DNA of 64,000 nucleotides from a virus (lineage: Duplodnaviria > Caudoviricetes): the IMG/VR virus record IMGVR_UViG_3300013426_000028, positions 1 through 64,000 of that record. One strand, given 5' to 3'. Below are positions 55,219-64,000 of this stretch, one piece after another (position 1 is the first letter of the stretch; the number at the start of each line of letters is the position of its first letter). The notes below the pieces were generated by a model. It ran no database searches, had not been told where the DNA came from, and was given only the letters and a program-made list of their open reading frames with translations. A program made the translations under genes and the position numbers.

Positions 55219-56043
55219 TTATTCTATTAAAGAATAATACTCTATATGTCCTTCTTTGTCAATAAACTTAATACGATATTTGCTAATATTAACTAATTTT
55301 GTAACTTCTTCTGCAAATGTTCTAAAATCATCTTCTGAATAAGCATAATTTTCAGGCATAAATACATCTCGGTAATATTGATATAATTTTTGATCTTTAG
55401 ATTCATCAGCCTCTATTACATATTTTTTATCATTATTGTCATCATCTTTTTTATCGAATTCACCGTAATTTTCTTCATATTCAAATTGGTCTAAAATATA
55501 ATTTACTCCAAAATAAGAAACATACGCTTCGTGATGTTCTGTGTCAATAGTAATTTCAACATCACCTTCTGACCATGCTTGTGTTTCGTTCATATCTTTA
55601 TCAAAGATGCCAATTAAACCATCATTTCTGTCATAAGTGAATTCTCCATCTTCAGCCATTCTATTTTCAATAAGTTTTAATGCTTCGTCAGATAACCCGA
55701 TTTCTATTTTAAGATAATTATAAAAATTCTGACAAATAGGTCCTCGTAAATTTTCTGGAATATGATTTCCATTATGTAAATTATTGTCTTCACTAAATTG
55801 TTGCCAATATCCTTCATAAGTGATATTGGTTCTTTTAGCAAATCTCAAGAAAGCTTCTATGGCAATCTGTTTAGCATTTGCTTTTGGAAATTTTTCTATC
55901 ATCTTATTCATTAAATATAATATAATAAGAGTATTAACCGCAGCACTGTCTGTATAGGCTGACCAGTGTTGATACATATTTGCAACTCTTTCTTCTGTTT
56001 TTCCATCATAAACTGTAATAACTAATCTTTGTCCCATAATCAT
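55219..56043 (-). CDS. Hypothetical phage protein
   Basis: MGQRL...Y.HWSAYT, RNDGLI. Confidence 0.6.
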   Translation of the reverse strand: MIMGQRLVITVYDGKTEERVANMYQHWSAYTDSAAVNTLIILYLMNKMIEKFPKANAKQIAIEAFLRFAKRTNITYEGYWQQFSEDNNLHNGNHIPENLRGPICQNFYNYLKIEIGLSDEALKLIENRMAEDGEFTYDRNDGLIGIFDKDMNETQAWSEGDVEITIDTEHHEAYVSYFGVNYILDQFEYEENYGEFDKKDDDNNDKKYVIEADESKDQKLYQYYRDVFMPENYAYSEDDFRTFAEEVTKLVNISKYRIKFIDKEGHIEYYSLIE

Positions 56044-56109
56044 TTTCCTCTTTTCTTTTAAATTTTTGGGAAGCCTACATGGCTTTGTTCCTATTTAATT
56101 TTAACATTT

Positions 56110-56409
56110 TTATTTCAATAGTTCAAGAATTCTTTGCTTATATTCTGATTCTTTACACCATTGATTTGGCCCACCACGAAAATCTGTCAACGATTCTGCT
56201 GTTCTGTACATTGCTAAACCATTTACTGGTTCTGTTGTGATGTAAACAATCTTTCCATTATCTTCGTTTTGAATAAAGCCAATACATCCAACTTTTTGAT
56301 AGCAAGTAACATCATCACGCAAATGAAATGTTAGATTTTTACAATCTCTAAACATATATTTGATAGCACGTGTAGATTTTCCTTTGTTTGGTAATAAATA
56401 ATTTTTCAT
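56110..56409 (-). CDS. Hypothetical phage protein
   Basis: GC.GFI...YRTA...DF.GG.N. Confidence 0.6.
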   Translation of the reverse strand: MKNYLLPNKGKSTRAIKYMFRDCKNLTFHLRDDVTCYQKVGCIGFIQNEDNGKIVYITTEPVNGLAMYRTAESLTDFRGGPNQWCKESEYKQRILELLK

Positions 56410-56411
56410 CT

Positions 56412-57326
56412 TTATTTTCCTCCTTTCTTTTCTATTTCAACTTGGTTTAAAATTTCTTCTAAATCAATTTGATTCAATAAATAAGGGCCTTTTCTTAATT
56501 TAACATAAGATTTTAAATCCTTTATTACAGGTAAATTATACGTTGCTTCACCTATATTTTGTACTTCTTCGAAGTGTCTTATTGTGGCTGTATCAACACT
56601 TATATTAATACCACTTTCGTATGCTTCAAAATGATATAATTTATTTTTATAAACGAATAAGATGAACGCACATCCCCAAGCCCAATGAGAAGGTGAAGAA
56701 ATATCTCGAATTAAAGTCATATTATTTATTGTATTTTCGGTAAAATAACATTTGAGTCTATTTCTTTTATATTCGCTATATGCTTCTTGATTTATCATTT
56801 TTTCTTTTTGATAATTATAATCAATTATCAAACTTAAATATTTATTCAGTAATTCAAGAGTTTCTTTGACATCTGACAACATTTGACTATATGAATTTAA
56901 AGGAAAATAATCAAACGAAAAATCTTTTAAATTAATAAATATTTCGTTATGTTTTGGAGCAGGTGTTCTGATATATAGCCAAAATCCTTCTTTATTGTGT
57001 CTTTCTATTGTTGCCATATAAATAGATTCTAAAATAGGATATTGTTCTATTAAACGAGAAGTTAATCTAAAATCTATAATTTGATTAGTTTCTATTTGCT
57101 TTTTTAATTTTTGTACTTGACCACTATTAATAATTTGCTCTTCTAATTTCATAATTTCTTTTGCTAATATTTGATTAGTTTTAAGTACTTCTAACTCGCT
57201 TTGTTCAAAATCATTGTATTTTAGGTCTATGTTTTTGATTGCTTCGCATTTTTCTATTTCGCAAGTTTCTTTAAAGTGTGTTATTTCTTCATAAGTTTGT
57301 TTTGTAATTTTATCATATAAATTCAT
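56412..57326 (-). CDS. Hypothetical protein
   Basis: AGGAGG RBS. Confidence 0.6.
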   Translation of the reverse strand: MNLYDKITKQTYEEITHFKETCEIEKCEAIKNIDLKYNDFEQSELEVLKTNQILAKEIMKLEEQIINSGQVQKLKKQIETNQIIDFRLTSRLIEQYPILESIYMATIERHNKEGFWLYIRTPAPKHNEIFINLKDFSFDYFPLNSYSQMLSDVKETLELLNKYLSLIIDYNYQKEKMINQEAYSEYKRNRLKCYFTENTINNMTLIRDISSPSHWAWGCAFILFVYKNKLYHFEAYESGINISVDTATIRHFEEVQNIGEATYNLPVIKDLKSYVKLRKGPYLLNQIDLEEILNQVEIEKKGGK

Positions 57327-57350
57327 AACTTTTTCCTCCTTTCTTTAGAA

Positions 57351-57638
57351 CTAGTCAGCATAACCTGCCGCTAGTTCTAATAAATACCATTTATCCATTT
57401 GATCAATCTCTTCCCAGGATTTTTCTCTTCTTAAAGCGTGTAACATTTCAACATAGCAATCAGGATTAAGATTATTAGAATCTTTTAATCCTAAATAACT
57501 TGCGTGACTGCATAATTGTTCAAATTCTTCGTCATCAATACTGTTATCAAATAAACATTGTACTGAATTAGCAATGGTAATATCCCATACACTAATATTC
57601 TTTTCGTTTAAGACTTCTAATTTTTGTTTGTAATTCAT
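57351..57638 (-). CDS. Hypothetical protein
   Basis: AGGAGG RBS. Confidence 0.6.
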   Translation of the reverse strand: MNYKQKLEVLNEKNISVWDITIANSVQCLFDNSIDDEEFEQLCSHASYLGLKDSNNLNPDCYVEMLHALRREKSWEEIDQMDKWYLLELAAGYAD

Positions 57639-57709
57639 AATTATTTTCCTCCTATATATGAATTTAACGACTGTTCCTATTGATTTATGTATTAAAATGA
57701 ATAATAAAA

Positions 57710-58171
57710 TTATTTACTTAATAAGCGACGTATTCTTCCTATTACTTGCGGTATCAATCTATCATTGATATATGCAGCAGAATATTTATTTTGAACATCA
57801 TCTATTTTTGCTTTTTCTGTAATGTCAGAATATCCTTGTTCAAAAAGAAGCGAAACTTGTCTTAATTTATTATACGTTGATATGTAGTCATATAATTCAT
57901 CAAGTTCTTCTTCTGTTAAAGGTGTTGCTTCCATTGTTTTTCTAAATTCTGTTTGTGTAAATAATCCTTGAGAATAATAATCAGGATATCCTTCAGGACG
58001 ACCTAATATGACCATATTGAGATAGTCCCAATGTGAAGATTTTTCATCTCGTCCTTTAACAAATTGAGGTTCTCTTAACCAATATCTGCGTCCAATTTTA
58101 TTACGACCTAATAAATAATGATTGACTCCTAAATAAACTTTTGTTTGTTTTAACATTTTTCTTTTACGCAT
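57710..58171 (-). CDS. Hypothetical protein, paralog of 59787..60275
   Basis: YLLG..K.G..YWL..P, GYS..TE.AKID, IN..L.P. Confidence 0.65.
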   Translation of the reverse strand: MRKRKMLKQTKVYLGVNHYLLGRNKIGRRYWLREPQFVKGRDEKSSHWDYLNMVILGRPEGYPDYYSQGLFTQTEFRKTMEATPLTEEELDELYDYISTYNKLRQVSLLFEQGYSDITEKAKIDDVQNKYSAAYINDRLIPQVIGRIRRLLSK

Positions 58172-58207
58172 ATTTTTTTCCTCCTATTTAATTAATTAAA
58201 AGAGAGA

Positions 58208-58681
58208 TTATCCGAAGACAATCTCTCCAAATAAAGCCCATTGGATAATGAAATCTCCACTTTCAGCATCAGCATAACAACCAAGATAATCTTCAATATC
58301 ATCATATTTAGAGTGGGACATTTCTTGTCCAAGACCTTCTAACACTCTATTGAGAGTCAACTTCCAAGGATCTCCTTCGACTCCTTCTTCATTATTTAAA
58401 TCTGTTACACCTTCTTCTTCTGCATCTTCAAATTCAATATATCCTCCATTCCATAGAATATAAGCAGCTATTTCTACAGTAGAACAATATTCATCTTCAG
58501 GATGTTCTGCTTTATATTTCTTTTCCCATTTAGTCCAATTTTCTGAAGCGTTGTCAAGCATTGCCCAATAACCAATTCCACCTTCAAGTGCAATAGCCAT
58601 AACATCACACAAATTGTCTTGTGTAATTTCAACTGTTTTTGTAATAGTGATTTTTTTAGTTTCTACGTTTTTCATAATCAT
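58208..58681 (-). CDS. Hypothetical phage protein
   Basis: ALEGGIGYW...DA...D.IIQ.ALFGEIVFG. Confidence 0.65.
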   Translation of the reverse strand: MIMKNVETKKITITKTVEITQDNLCDVMAIALEGGIGYWAMLDNASENWTKWEKKYKAEHPEDEYCSTVEIAAYILWNGGYIEFEDAEEEGVTDLNNEEGVEGDPWKLTLNRVLEGLGQEMSHSKYDDIEDYLGCYADAESGDFIIQWALFGEIVFG

Positions 58682-58727
58682 TTTTCCTCGATTCTTTGAT
58701 TTTTGTTCCTATTTAGTTTTAATGTTC

Positions 58728-59000
58728 CTATTTAATTTGTTCTTTTAGTTTTTTGATTTCTCTTTGCATACGATCCATATTGTCAACTACACCGTTTGTG
58801 TATTCAACAATTTTTCTTTCGTTATATTCTTCTAAATCTTCATTACGGCAATAAGGACAAACTCCTCTTGTACCATAATGATAAGCGTGATATGGATCAT
58901 AAAGACCATATTCATCTTCGTAACAGAATCGTTCTTCTTCAAGATCATCTTCTGTCATAAAATGTTCACAATTTGGACAAAAATATATCATTTTGTTCAC
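58728..59000 (-). CDS. Zinc-ribbon protein
   Basis: CPNC...CPYC; GTG start. Confidence 0.6.
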   Translation of the reverse strand: MNKMIYFCPNCEHFMTEDDLEEERFCYEDEYGLYDPYHAYHYGTRGVCPYCRNEDLEEYNERKIVEYTNGVVDNMDRMQREIKKLKEQIK

Positions 59001-59009
59001 CGCCTTTCT

Positions 59010-59468
59010 TTATTTAACAGCAAGAATATCTTTAATATTTTTATTAAAGACTTCTGGAGTTTCTTTCTTAACCCATTGAGAAGATTGAGTAACTCCCATA
59101 GCTTCTTCTTTTGTTATTGGATTACCATCAAAATAATAACCAATAACTTTTGGACGATGAAGGAAGATTTTTGATGTTGTCATTCGGATATATGTTTCAC
59201 CTTTATTTTCAATCATCCATCTATTTTTCCATTCTCCCCAAGGCAAGACTTCTTTAATTTCACCTACCATTCCAATTGCTTGTCTTTTTTCAATAACAGA
59301 TTTAATATTAGAATATCTAACACCAAATCTTACTACAGATTGTACAACTTTTGTAATAACGTGTCCTTTAAAATTTTTGTTTGGAGTAATGTTTGTTTGA
59401 TATGTTACTTGAACATAAGCTCCTTGATGTTTGTTTGAAATAATATTTAATAATTCTTGTTTTTCCAT
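59010..59468 (-). CDS. Hypothetical phage protein
   Basis: R.GV.YSNI, LPWGEW; own promoter TTTACA-N17-TATAAT near 59497..59525. Confidence 0.6.
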   Translation of the reverse strand: MEKQELLNIISNKHQGAYVQVTYQTNITPNKNFKGHVITKVVQSVVRFGVRYSNIKSVIEKRQAIGMVGEIKEVLPWGEWKNRWMIENKGETYIRMTTSKIFLHRPKVIGYYFDGNPITKEEAMGVTQSSQWVKKETPEVFNKNIKDILAVK

Positions 59469-59532
59469 GATAATTTTTCCTCTCTTTCTATATATATTAT
59501 ATCATGTTTAATAATGTTTGTAAAGACAAAGA

Positions 59533-59790
59533 CTATCCTAAATAGATAGCCTTGTCTTTGTCGTCTAAAATCATTAAGTCGTGATTTATGGCTTCATAAT
59601 ATTCTCTGGTTGAAGAACCTTCTTCTTTTTCAATACTTTTAATTGTTTCTCCTGAATAATATAAAGCATGATATCCGTTGGCTTCTTCATCATCTGTGAC
59701 AAATATCACATAATCGCCGTGACCTTTTCGAATTTCTTCTCTAAGATATTTATATAAATCTTCGACTGTTAACGCTCCACATTTTGTCAT
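59533..59790 (-). CDS. Hypothetical protein
   Basis: DDEE.NGYH; AGGAGGTG RBS. Confidence 0.6.
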   Translation of the reverse strand: MTKCGALTVEDLYKYLREEIRKGHGDYVIFVTDDEEANGYHALYYSGETIKSIEKEEGSSTREYYEAINHDLMILDDKDKAIYLG

Positions 59791-60275
59791 TTTCTTTCAC
59801 CTCCTAACAAATTGTCAATACGTTCGAATATTGCTGGTAACAAAGTTTTATTAATACAATTCGCAAAATCTTCGTTTTTTAATACATCAATTTTTGCTGC
59901 TTCTGTTTGATGACTATAACCTCGATGTAATATTTCTGCTGTTGTTATTAAATTATAACACGACATCATATAATCAATTAATTGATATTTTTCATTTTCA
60001 TTTAAAGTAGTTTCTACAAAAAACTTATCAAATGAGTATATGGCGAAGCCTGTCGTATTATTTAAAAATAAATAATTAAAATGAGTATAAAAATCAATCT
60101 CTCTGCTTAATTCAGAATTACGATTGTTAGATAAAATATCTACACAGCCACAATTCCAATACTCATGCCAATCGCACACCCATTCAGGTGCTTGTAGCCA
60201 ATATTTTTTGCCTTCTTTATCCTTTCCTAATAAATAAAACTTTTTTCCACGCCAATAAATTACTTTCTTTTTCAT
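59787..60275 (-). CDS. Hypothetical protein, paralog of 57710..58171
   Basis: GGAGGTG RBS before ATG 60275; shared motifs. Confidence 0.65.
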   Translation of the reverse strand: MKKKVIYWRGKKFYLLGKDKEGKKYWLQAPEWVCDWHEYWNCGCVDILSNNRNSELSREIDFYTHFNYLFLNNTTGFAIYSFDKFFVETTLNENEKYQLIDYMMSCYNLITTAEILHRGYSHQTEAAKIDVLKNEDFANCINKTLLPAIFERIDNLLGGERK

Positions 60276-60294
60276 AATTTTCACCTCCTTCCTT

Positions 60295-62736
60295 TTATCC
60301 TCTACAACAAAGAGCACCATATTGAGAATGAATTGATGTTTCATCAACATTTCCTGTTTCTTGTGCCCATTGTAATAAAGCTTGCACAATTTCAGCATCA
60401 GGATTACTATTACATAATCCGTGAACTTGTCTTATAGAAAACTTATTATCAATAGAACCATTTTGAGAAAGTTCTATTGTAAAATATGGTTCAGACAAAT
60501 TACTATTTTTTCTGAAAAACAATATTGCTGTATGTTTGTTTGCAAACGTTTCTTGATAAGAGCTTACACAATGATGTAAGATTTTTCCTTCTGTGGATAA
60601 ATCTTCTACTTTTTCAGGAACTAAAATAGTAAATTCATCATTGCTCCAAGCAAATTTCTTTTGTAATATTTCCTTCCAAGGTTTATATCTTTCATTTAAT
60701 AGTTTGGATTGGTCAGCACTGATTATTTGTTTAAAAGCATCATAATTTTCCGACATAAAATTATGAAGATAATGAATTTTCATTTTAAGATCTGATTGTA
60801 GAATTGCTTGTTTTAAACAATAAACAGAAATTTGTGGAAAATGTTTTGTAACACATTCACAAACATATGACAAATTATTATTTTTAAAATCTTCTTTTGT
60901 TGTTGGAAAATCAATTGGAATTAATTTAATTTTTTCCTTCATTTGATAATAATCATATAATTCTGATAATTTTGCCACGTCGGATGCACTAATTTTATTT
61001 AATATTCGAATAATTTCAGAATCTGAAAATCCTTGTTCTGGAATTATAATGTTATAAAATGTCATAATATTAAGTATCAAATCTTTTACATATAAATGAT
61101 GACCTTTGTCACAAATCAGATTTTTAAACATTTCTAACGTTATATATTTACCATATTTTTTAGCAATTTGTTTTTTAGATAATGTTTTTCTATTTGAAGC
61201 AATTCTACAATATCCATAATTATAACAAGAAGGATAATTTGTTATGGACATGTTTCCTTTTAAAATATTAATCAAATAATAAAATAATTCTGCATGAAAA
61301 TCAGTACAAACATAATTTTTATCGAAAATTGTTGCATCTTTTATAAAATCTTCGTAATTTTTCTTACTTAAATAACATTGTTCATACATTTTAGTCTTTT
61401 GTATATCACAAGCAGTATCAAATAATAATTGTGTCACTCGCGACGCTGTACGAGAGTTAGCAATATTTGTTGAATAAAACAATTTTCTTGCCTCTATAAA
61501 TTCATTAACGTATGTAGAACCATAATGCTTAATAAAACTTTCATATGTCATATCTTTATAGTATAAAGGATTAAACAAAGGCTCTAATATTTTTTGATAT
61601 ATTAATTCTCCAATAGTAAAATCTTTATTATAATAAGCATAAGAATAATGACCTTTTTTACAATAAGAGTTATTAATGCTATACGAAGACAAAATTTCTG
61701 CAAAACTATTATTTGGAAACATTGAATTAAAAATGTAATTTAAACCATGAATTTCTTGAATCTCAGAAATATGTTCTTGAATACAATTTATAATTTGTTG
61801 AAAACTCTGTACATCTGAATAATTAACACTATTGAAAGTTTGATATTTATTGGTTTTATCAATTGTTAATTCTCCTTGTGGAGAAGCGAGAAAACATTCG
61901 CAGTTTCCTGTCTTTTTGTCATATACGTGTAATATTATATTTCTCCAATAGTTTTTATTATACATTAAAAGATACACATTATCTTGATCAGATTCAATAT
62001 GTAATATATTGTTTGATTCAATCAATTCTTTTATTTTGTTTTGAAACATGTCTTGGTATGTTAACAATTTTGATTTTTGAATTGTTTTATGTGCAAATTT
62101 CGTTTTGTTTGGATGTTTAATACATTCAATAAATGTTGCAATAGGAAACATTTCATTATAATCTACAGAGTGATTTATTTGCCACCAATTTTTTAATACA
62201 GTTAAATCAAAACCTTGTTCCTTCAATATTTTTGTTGAAAAAGGTGATAAACGTCCAAATGGATATTTATCACCTTGATAAGAATCTATTGTATTTATAT
62301 TTACAAATCTAATATCTTGGGTATTGGATGCATTACTAATTTTCCAAGATCTTTCTTTTGGTTCAACAAAACGTTTGTTTGAATCATACATTTCCCAATC
62401 ATTTGTAATATAAAACATAGGTTCATTACGATATAAATAAGGAAATGCCTTTCTATTTGTAACATAGGAGTTAAACAAATATATGCCAACACCCTTTTTA
62501 TTATTAATAGTACATTTTTCAATGAAAATATAGTTTTTAGAAGCATTTTTAATAGGAAATAATAAAGCATAATCTTTAAAATCTTCTAATACTAGTTGTC
62601 CTTGTTTATCATAAATTTTTCCTGCTGGTGTTACTGTATACATTGGTAATTGGCATAATTGTTCGTGTGTTTCAACTTCTACCTCTCTTAAATTAGGCAT
62701 GTTGTTAAATGTGTTTACTTTAATTTCTTTATTCAT
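60295..62736 (-). CDS. Large protein with C-terminal PcfJ-like domain
   Basis: P....DL..EG..LHHCV.SY, I.F.RK....PYFTIE, Q..G..N. Confidence 0.7.
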   Translation of the reverse strand: MNKEIKVNTFNNMPNLREVEVETHEQLCQLPMYTVTPAGKIYDKQGQLVLEDFKDYALLFPIKNASKNYIFIEKCTINNKKGVGIYLFNSYVTNRKAFPYLYRNEPMFYITNDWEMYDSNKRFVEPKERSWKISNASNTQDIRFVNINTIDSYQGDKYPFGRLSPFSTKILKEQGFDLTVLKNWWQINHSVDYNEMFPIATFIECIKHPNKTKFAHKTIQKSKLLTYQDMFQNKIKELIESNNILHIESDQDNVYLLMYNKNYWRNIILHVYDKKTGNCECFLASPQGELTIDKTNKYQTFNSVNYSDVQSFQQIINCIQEHISEIQEIHGLNYIFNSMFPNNSFAEILSSYSINNSYCKKGHYSYAYYNKDFTIGELIYQKILEPLFNPLYYKDMTYESFIKHYGSTYVNEFIEARKLFYSTNIANSRTASRVTQLLFDTACDIQKTKMYEQCYLSKKNYEDFIKDATIFDKNYVCTDFHAELFYYLINILKGNMSITNYPSCYNYGYCRIASNRKTLSKKQIAKKYGKYITLEMFKNLICDKGHHLYVKDLILNIMTFYNIIIPEQGFSDSEIIRILNKISASDVAKLSELYDYYQMKEKIKLIPIDFPTTKEDFKNNNLSYVCECVTKHFPQISVYCLKQAILQSDLKMKIHYLHNFMSENYDAFKQIISADQSKLLNERYKPWKEILQKKFAWSNDEFTILVPEKVEDLSTEGKILHHCVSSYQETFANKHTAILFFRKNSNLSEPYFTIELSQNGSIDNKFSIRQVHGLCNSNPDAEIVQALLQWAQETGNVDETSIHSQYGALCCRG

Positions 62737-62832
62737 AATTTTTCCTCCAATTTTTCCTTTTTCAAGGGATAAGAATATTTTTATGGAGAAAATATTCAAA
62801 ACCTTGTTCCTATTTAATTTTCAATTTAAAGA

Positions 62833-63399
62833 TTAATAATCACAGTCTTCGTCTTCATCATAATCGTCATAATCATCTTCATCATAATCTTCGCAACATT
62901 CCATTCTTTCCTCCTGAAGAGCTTTTTCAACTCTTTCTTTTAATATGACATCTAAATCTTCTTGAGATAATTTAGATTTTAGATCATTACAATTTGCAAT
63001 TTCTTTACCTTCGTGGTCATAAGCAATTTTACCTTTGACTAGAATTTCAATTCCATTATCTAACTTAAAGCTATGATCTGGAATCATTTCTGCTTCTACG
63101 AATTGTTGAGCAATATTACATTGCATATAGACTTGAGACATATTCATTCCCATTGAAGCATAAAGATTTAACATCTTTTCTTTATCTTCTGCGGAGCTTG
63201 CAAATCCAATTAACATTTCTGTTCTAGGATCATAAACTGGAATTAATTCACCTGCATCAAGCATTTTAATAGTATCTAAAATACCTTTTTGAGGCATTTC
63301 TTCATATTTTTTTAATAAAGCTTCTTTAGCAGCTTTCTTTTCTGCTTCTTTTCTTTCTTCTGCTGCTCTTTTTAAATTTTCTAATACTGTGTTTTTCAT
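62833..63399 (-). CDS. Hypothetical protein with acidic tail
   Basis: AGGAGG RBS. Confidence 0.6.
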   Translation of the reverse strand: MKNTVLENLKRAAEERKEAEKKAAKEALLKKYEEMPQKGILDTIKMLDAGELIPVYDPRTEMLIGFASSAEDKEKMLNLYASMGMNMSQVYMQCNIAQQFVEAEMIPDHSFKLDNGIEILVKGKIAYDHEGKEIANCNDLKSKLSQEDLDVILKERVEKALQEERMECCEDYDEDDYDDYDEDEDCDY

Positions 63400-63465
63400 A
63401 ACTGTTTTCCTCCTATAATATAAATGTTATGATGTTCCTATTGAGTTATTGTTCCTATTTAACGA

Positions 63466-63672
63466 TTACGCTACTATTTCATATAGTTTAATATCGTAAT
63501 TCCATTCCTCTTTGCCTTCTGCTACCATTATAGCCATATGATAACATTCTAATTGAAAGTATGAAATTTGTCTAATAAATTTATGACACTCTTCAACAGA
63601 GTTATAATATTTAGTTTGTAATAAATATGCATCTGTTTCTTCTTCGTAAATTTCTACAAAATATCTTTTCAT
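63466..63672 (-). CDS. Hypothetical protein
   Basis: GGAGGTG RBS. Confidence 0.55.
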   Translation of the reverse strand: MKRYFVEIYEEETDAYLLQTKYYNSVEECHKFIRQISYFQLECYHMAIMVAEGKEEWNYDIKLYEIVA

Positions 63673-63673
63673 C

Positions 63674-63973
63674 TTATTTCACCTCCTTTATTTTTGATTT
63701 AGTAACAACTGATTTTAAACAACCAGGTGTATTTAATAATAATTGATGTAATTCTCTTTTACTAAGTTCATCTTCTTCTTCATTAATTAATTGCTTGCCT
63801 TTATTAGTTATTACTCTAATTTCATAATGACTTGGTACAACAGGAGAATCGTGATGTGTTTCTTCTATAATGATAATTCCATCATCTCTAATGAATACTC
63901 TTGGACCATCTTCTGTTTCGAATAGACACATACGACTTATCATTCCCCATAATGATGTATTATAAATAATCAT
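63674..63973 (-). CDS. Hypothetical protein
   Basis: AAGGAGG RBS; HHD motif. Confidence 0.55.
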   Translation of the reverse strand: MIIYNTSLWGMISRMCLFETEDGPRVFIRDDGIIIIEETHHDSPVVPSHYEIRVITNKGKQLINEEEDELSKRELHQLLLNTPGCLKSVVTKSKIKEVK

Positions 63974-64000
63974 ACCTCCTTCTTGTTTTCCGTGCCATGA

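Larger units (their letters stand above)
52694..63459 (-). repeat. Dispersed intergenic motif AATAGGAACA(GTC), 11 copies, all co-oriented with minus-strand genes
   Basis: + strand TGTTCCTATT at 52694, 53378, 54214, 55190, 56086, 57672, 58704, 58723, 62805, 63433, 63450. Confidence 0.85.

Noticed and set aside
340-62570. Many short antisense or alternate-frame ORFs nested in long genes (e.g. 1481, 3151, 9006, 11419, 17871, 32506, 49095, 61863)
   Set aside because: Shadow ORFs of well-supported genes, with no RBS or motifs
52694-63459. CRISPR array interpretation of the AATAGGAACA repeats
   Set aside because: Repeats are only 10-16 nt and are separated by whole genes, not by uniform spacers
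1-64000. Stop-codon recoding (TAG, TGA or TAA) as the cause of the split genes
   Set aside because: All three stops end well-formed genes, long ORFs are open under code 11, and reading through the dnaE-N TAG gives no polymerase sequence and soon hits another stop

Overview
AT-rich segment of a large tailed dsDNA phage of a Firmicute/Bacillota host, standard genetic code. Left to right on the + strand: end of a structural module (GT-A glycosyltransferase, Mtd-N-type fibre proteins); a replication operon (SSB, AAA/Sak4-like ATPase, Zn-finger protein, DnaB helicase, primase, Cas4/AddB-like nuclease); a PolIII-alpha (dnaE) that carries a LAGLIDADG intein and is also split into two separately promoted genes about 6.8 kb apart; RecD2 helicase; RNA/nucleotide-metabolism genes (phosphoesterase, RNA ligase with one in-frame TAA, cysteine desulfurase, ThyX, pol-beta nucleotidyltransferase, CCA-adding enzyme); many small ORFans; and a sigma-70-family factor. 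The mostly non-coding zone at 46.3-51.9 kb has a local GC-skew flip, iteron-like repeats, a near-perfect parS site, a candidate ~800-nt highly structured RNA (own promoter, rRNA-type boxA, anti-Shine-Dalgarno terminal loop) and a type-I-toxin-like micro-gene. From 51.9 kb a convergent minus-strand array of small, probably early genes carries a conserved leader motif (AATAGGAACA, 11 copies) that also occurs once inside the long RNA. The best candidates for new biology are the long RNA together with the leader motif and RBS set, and the intein-free split DnaE. All calls come from reading motifs by eye; no database searches were run.
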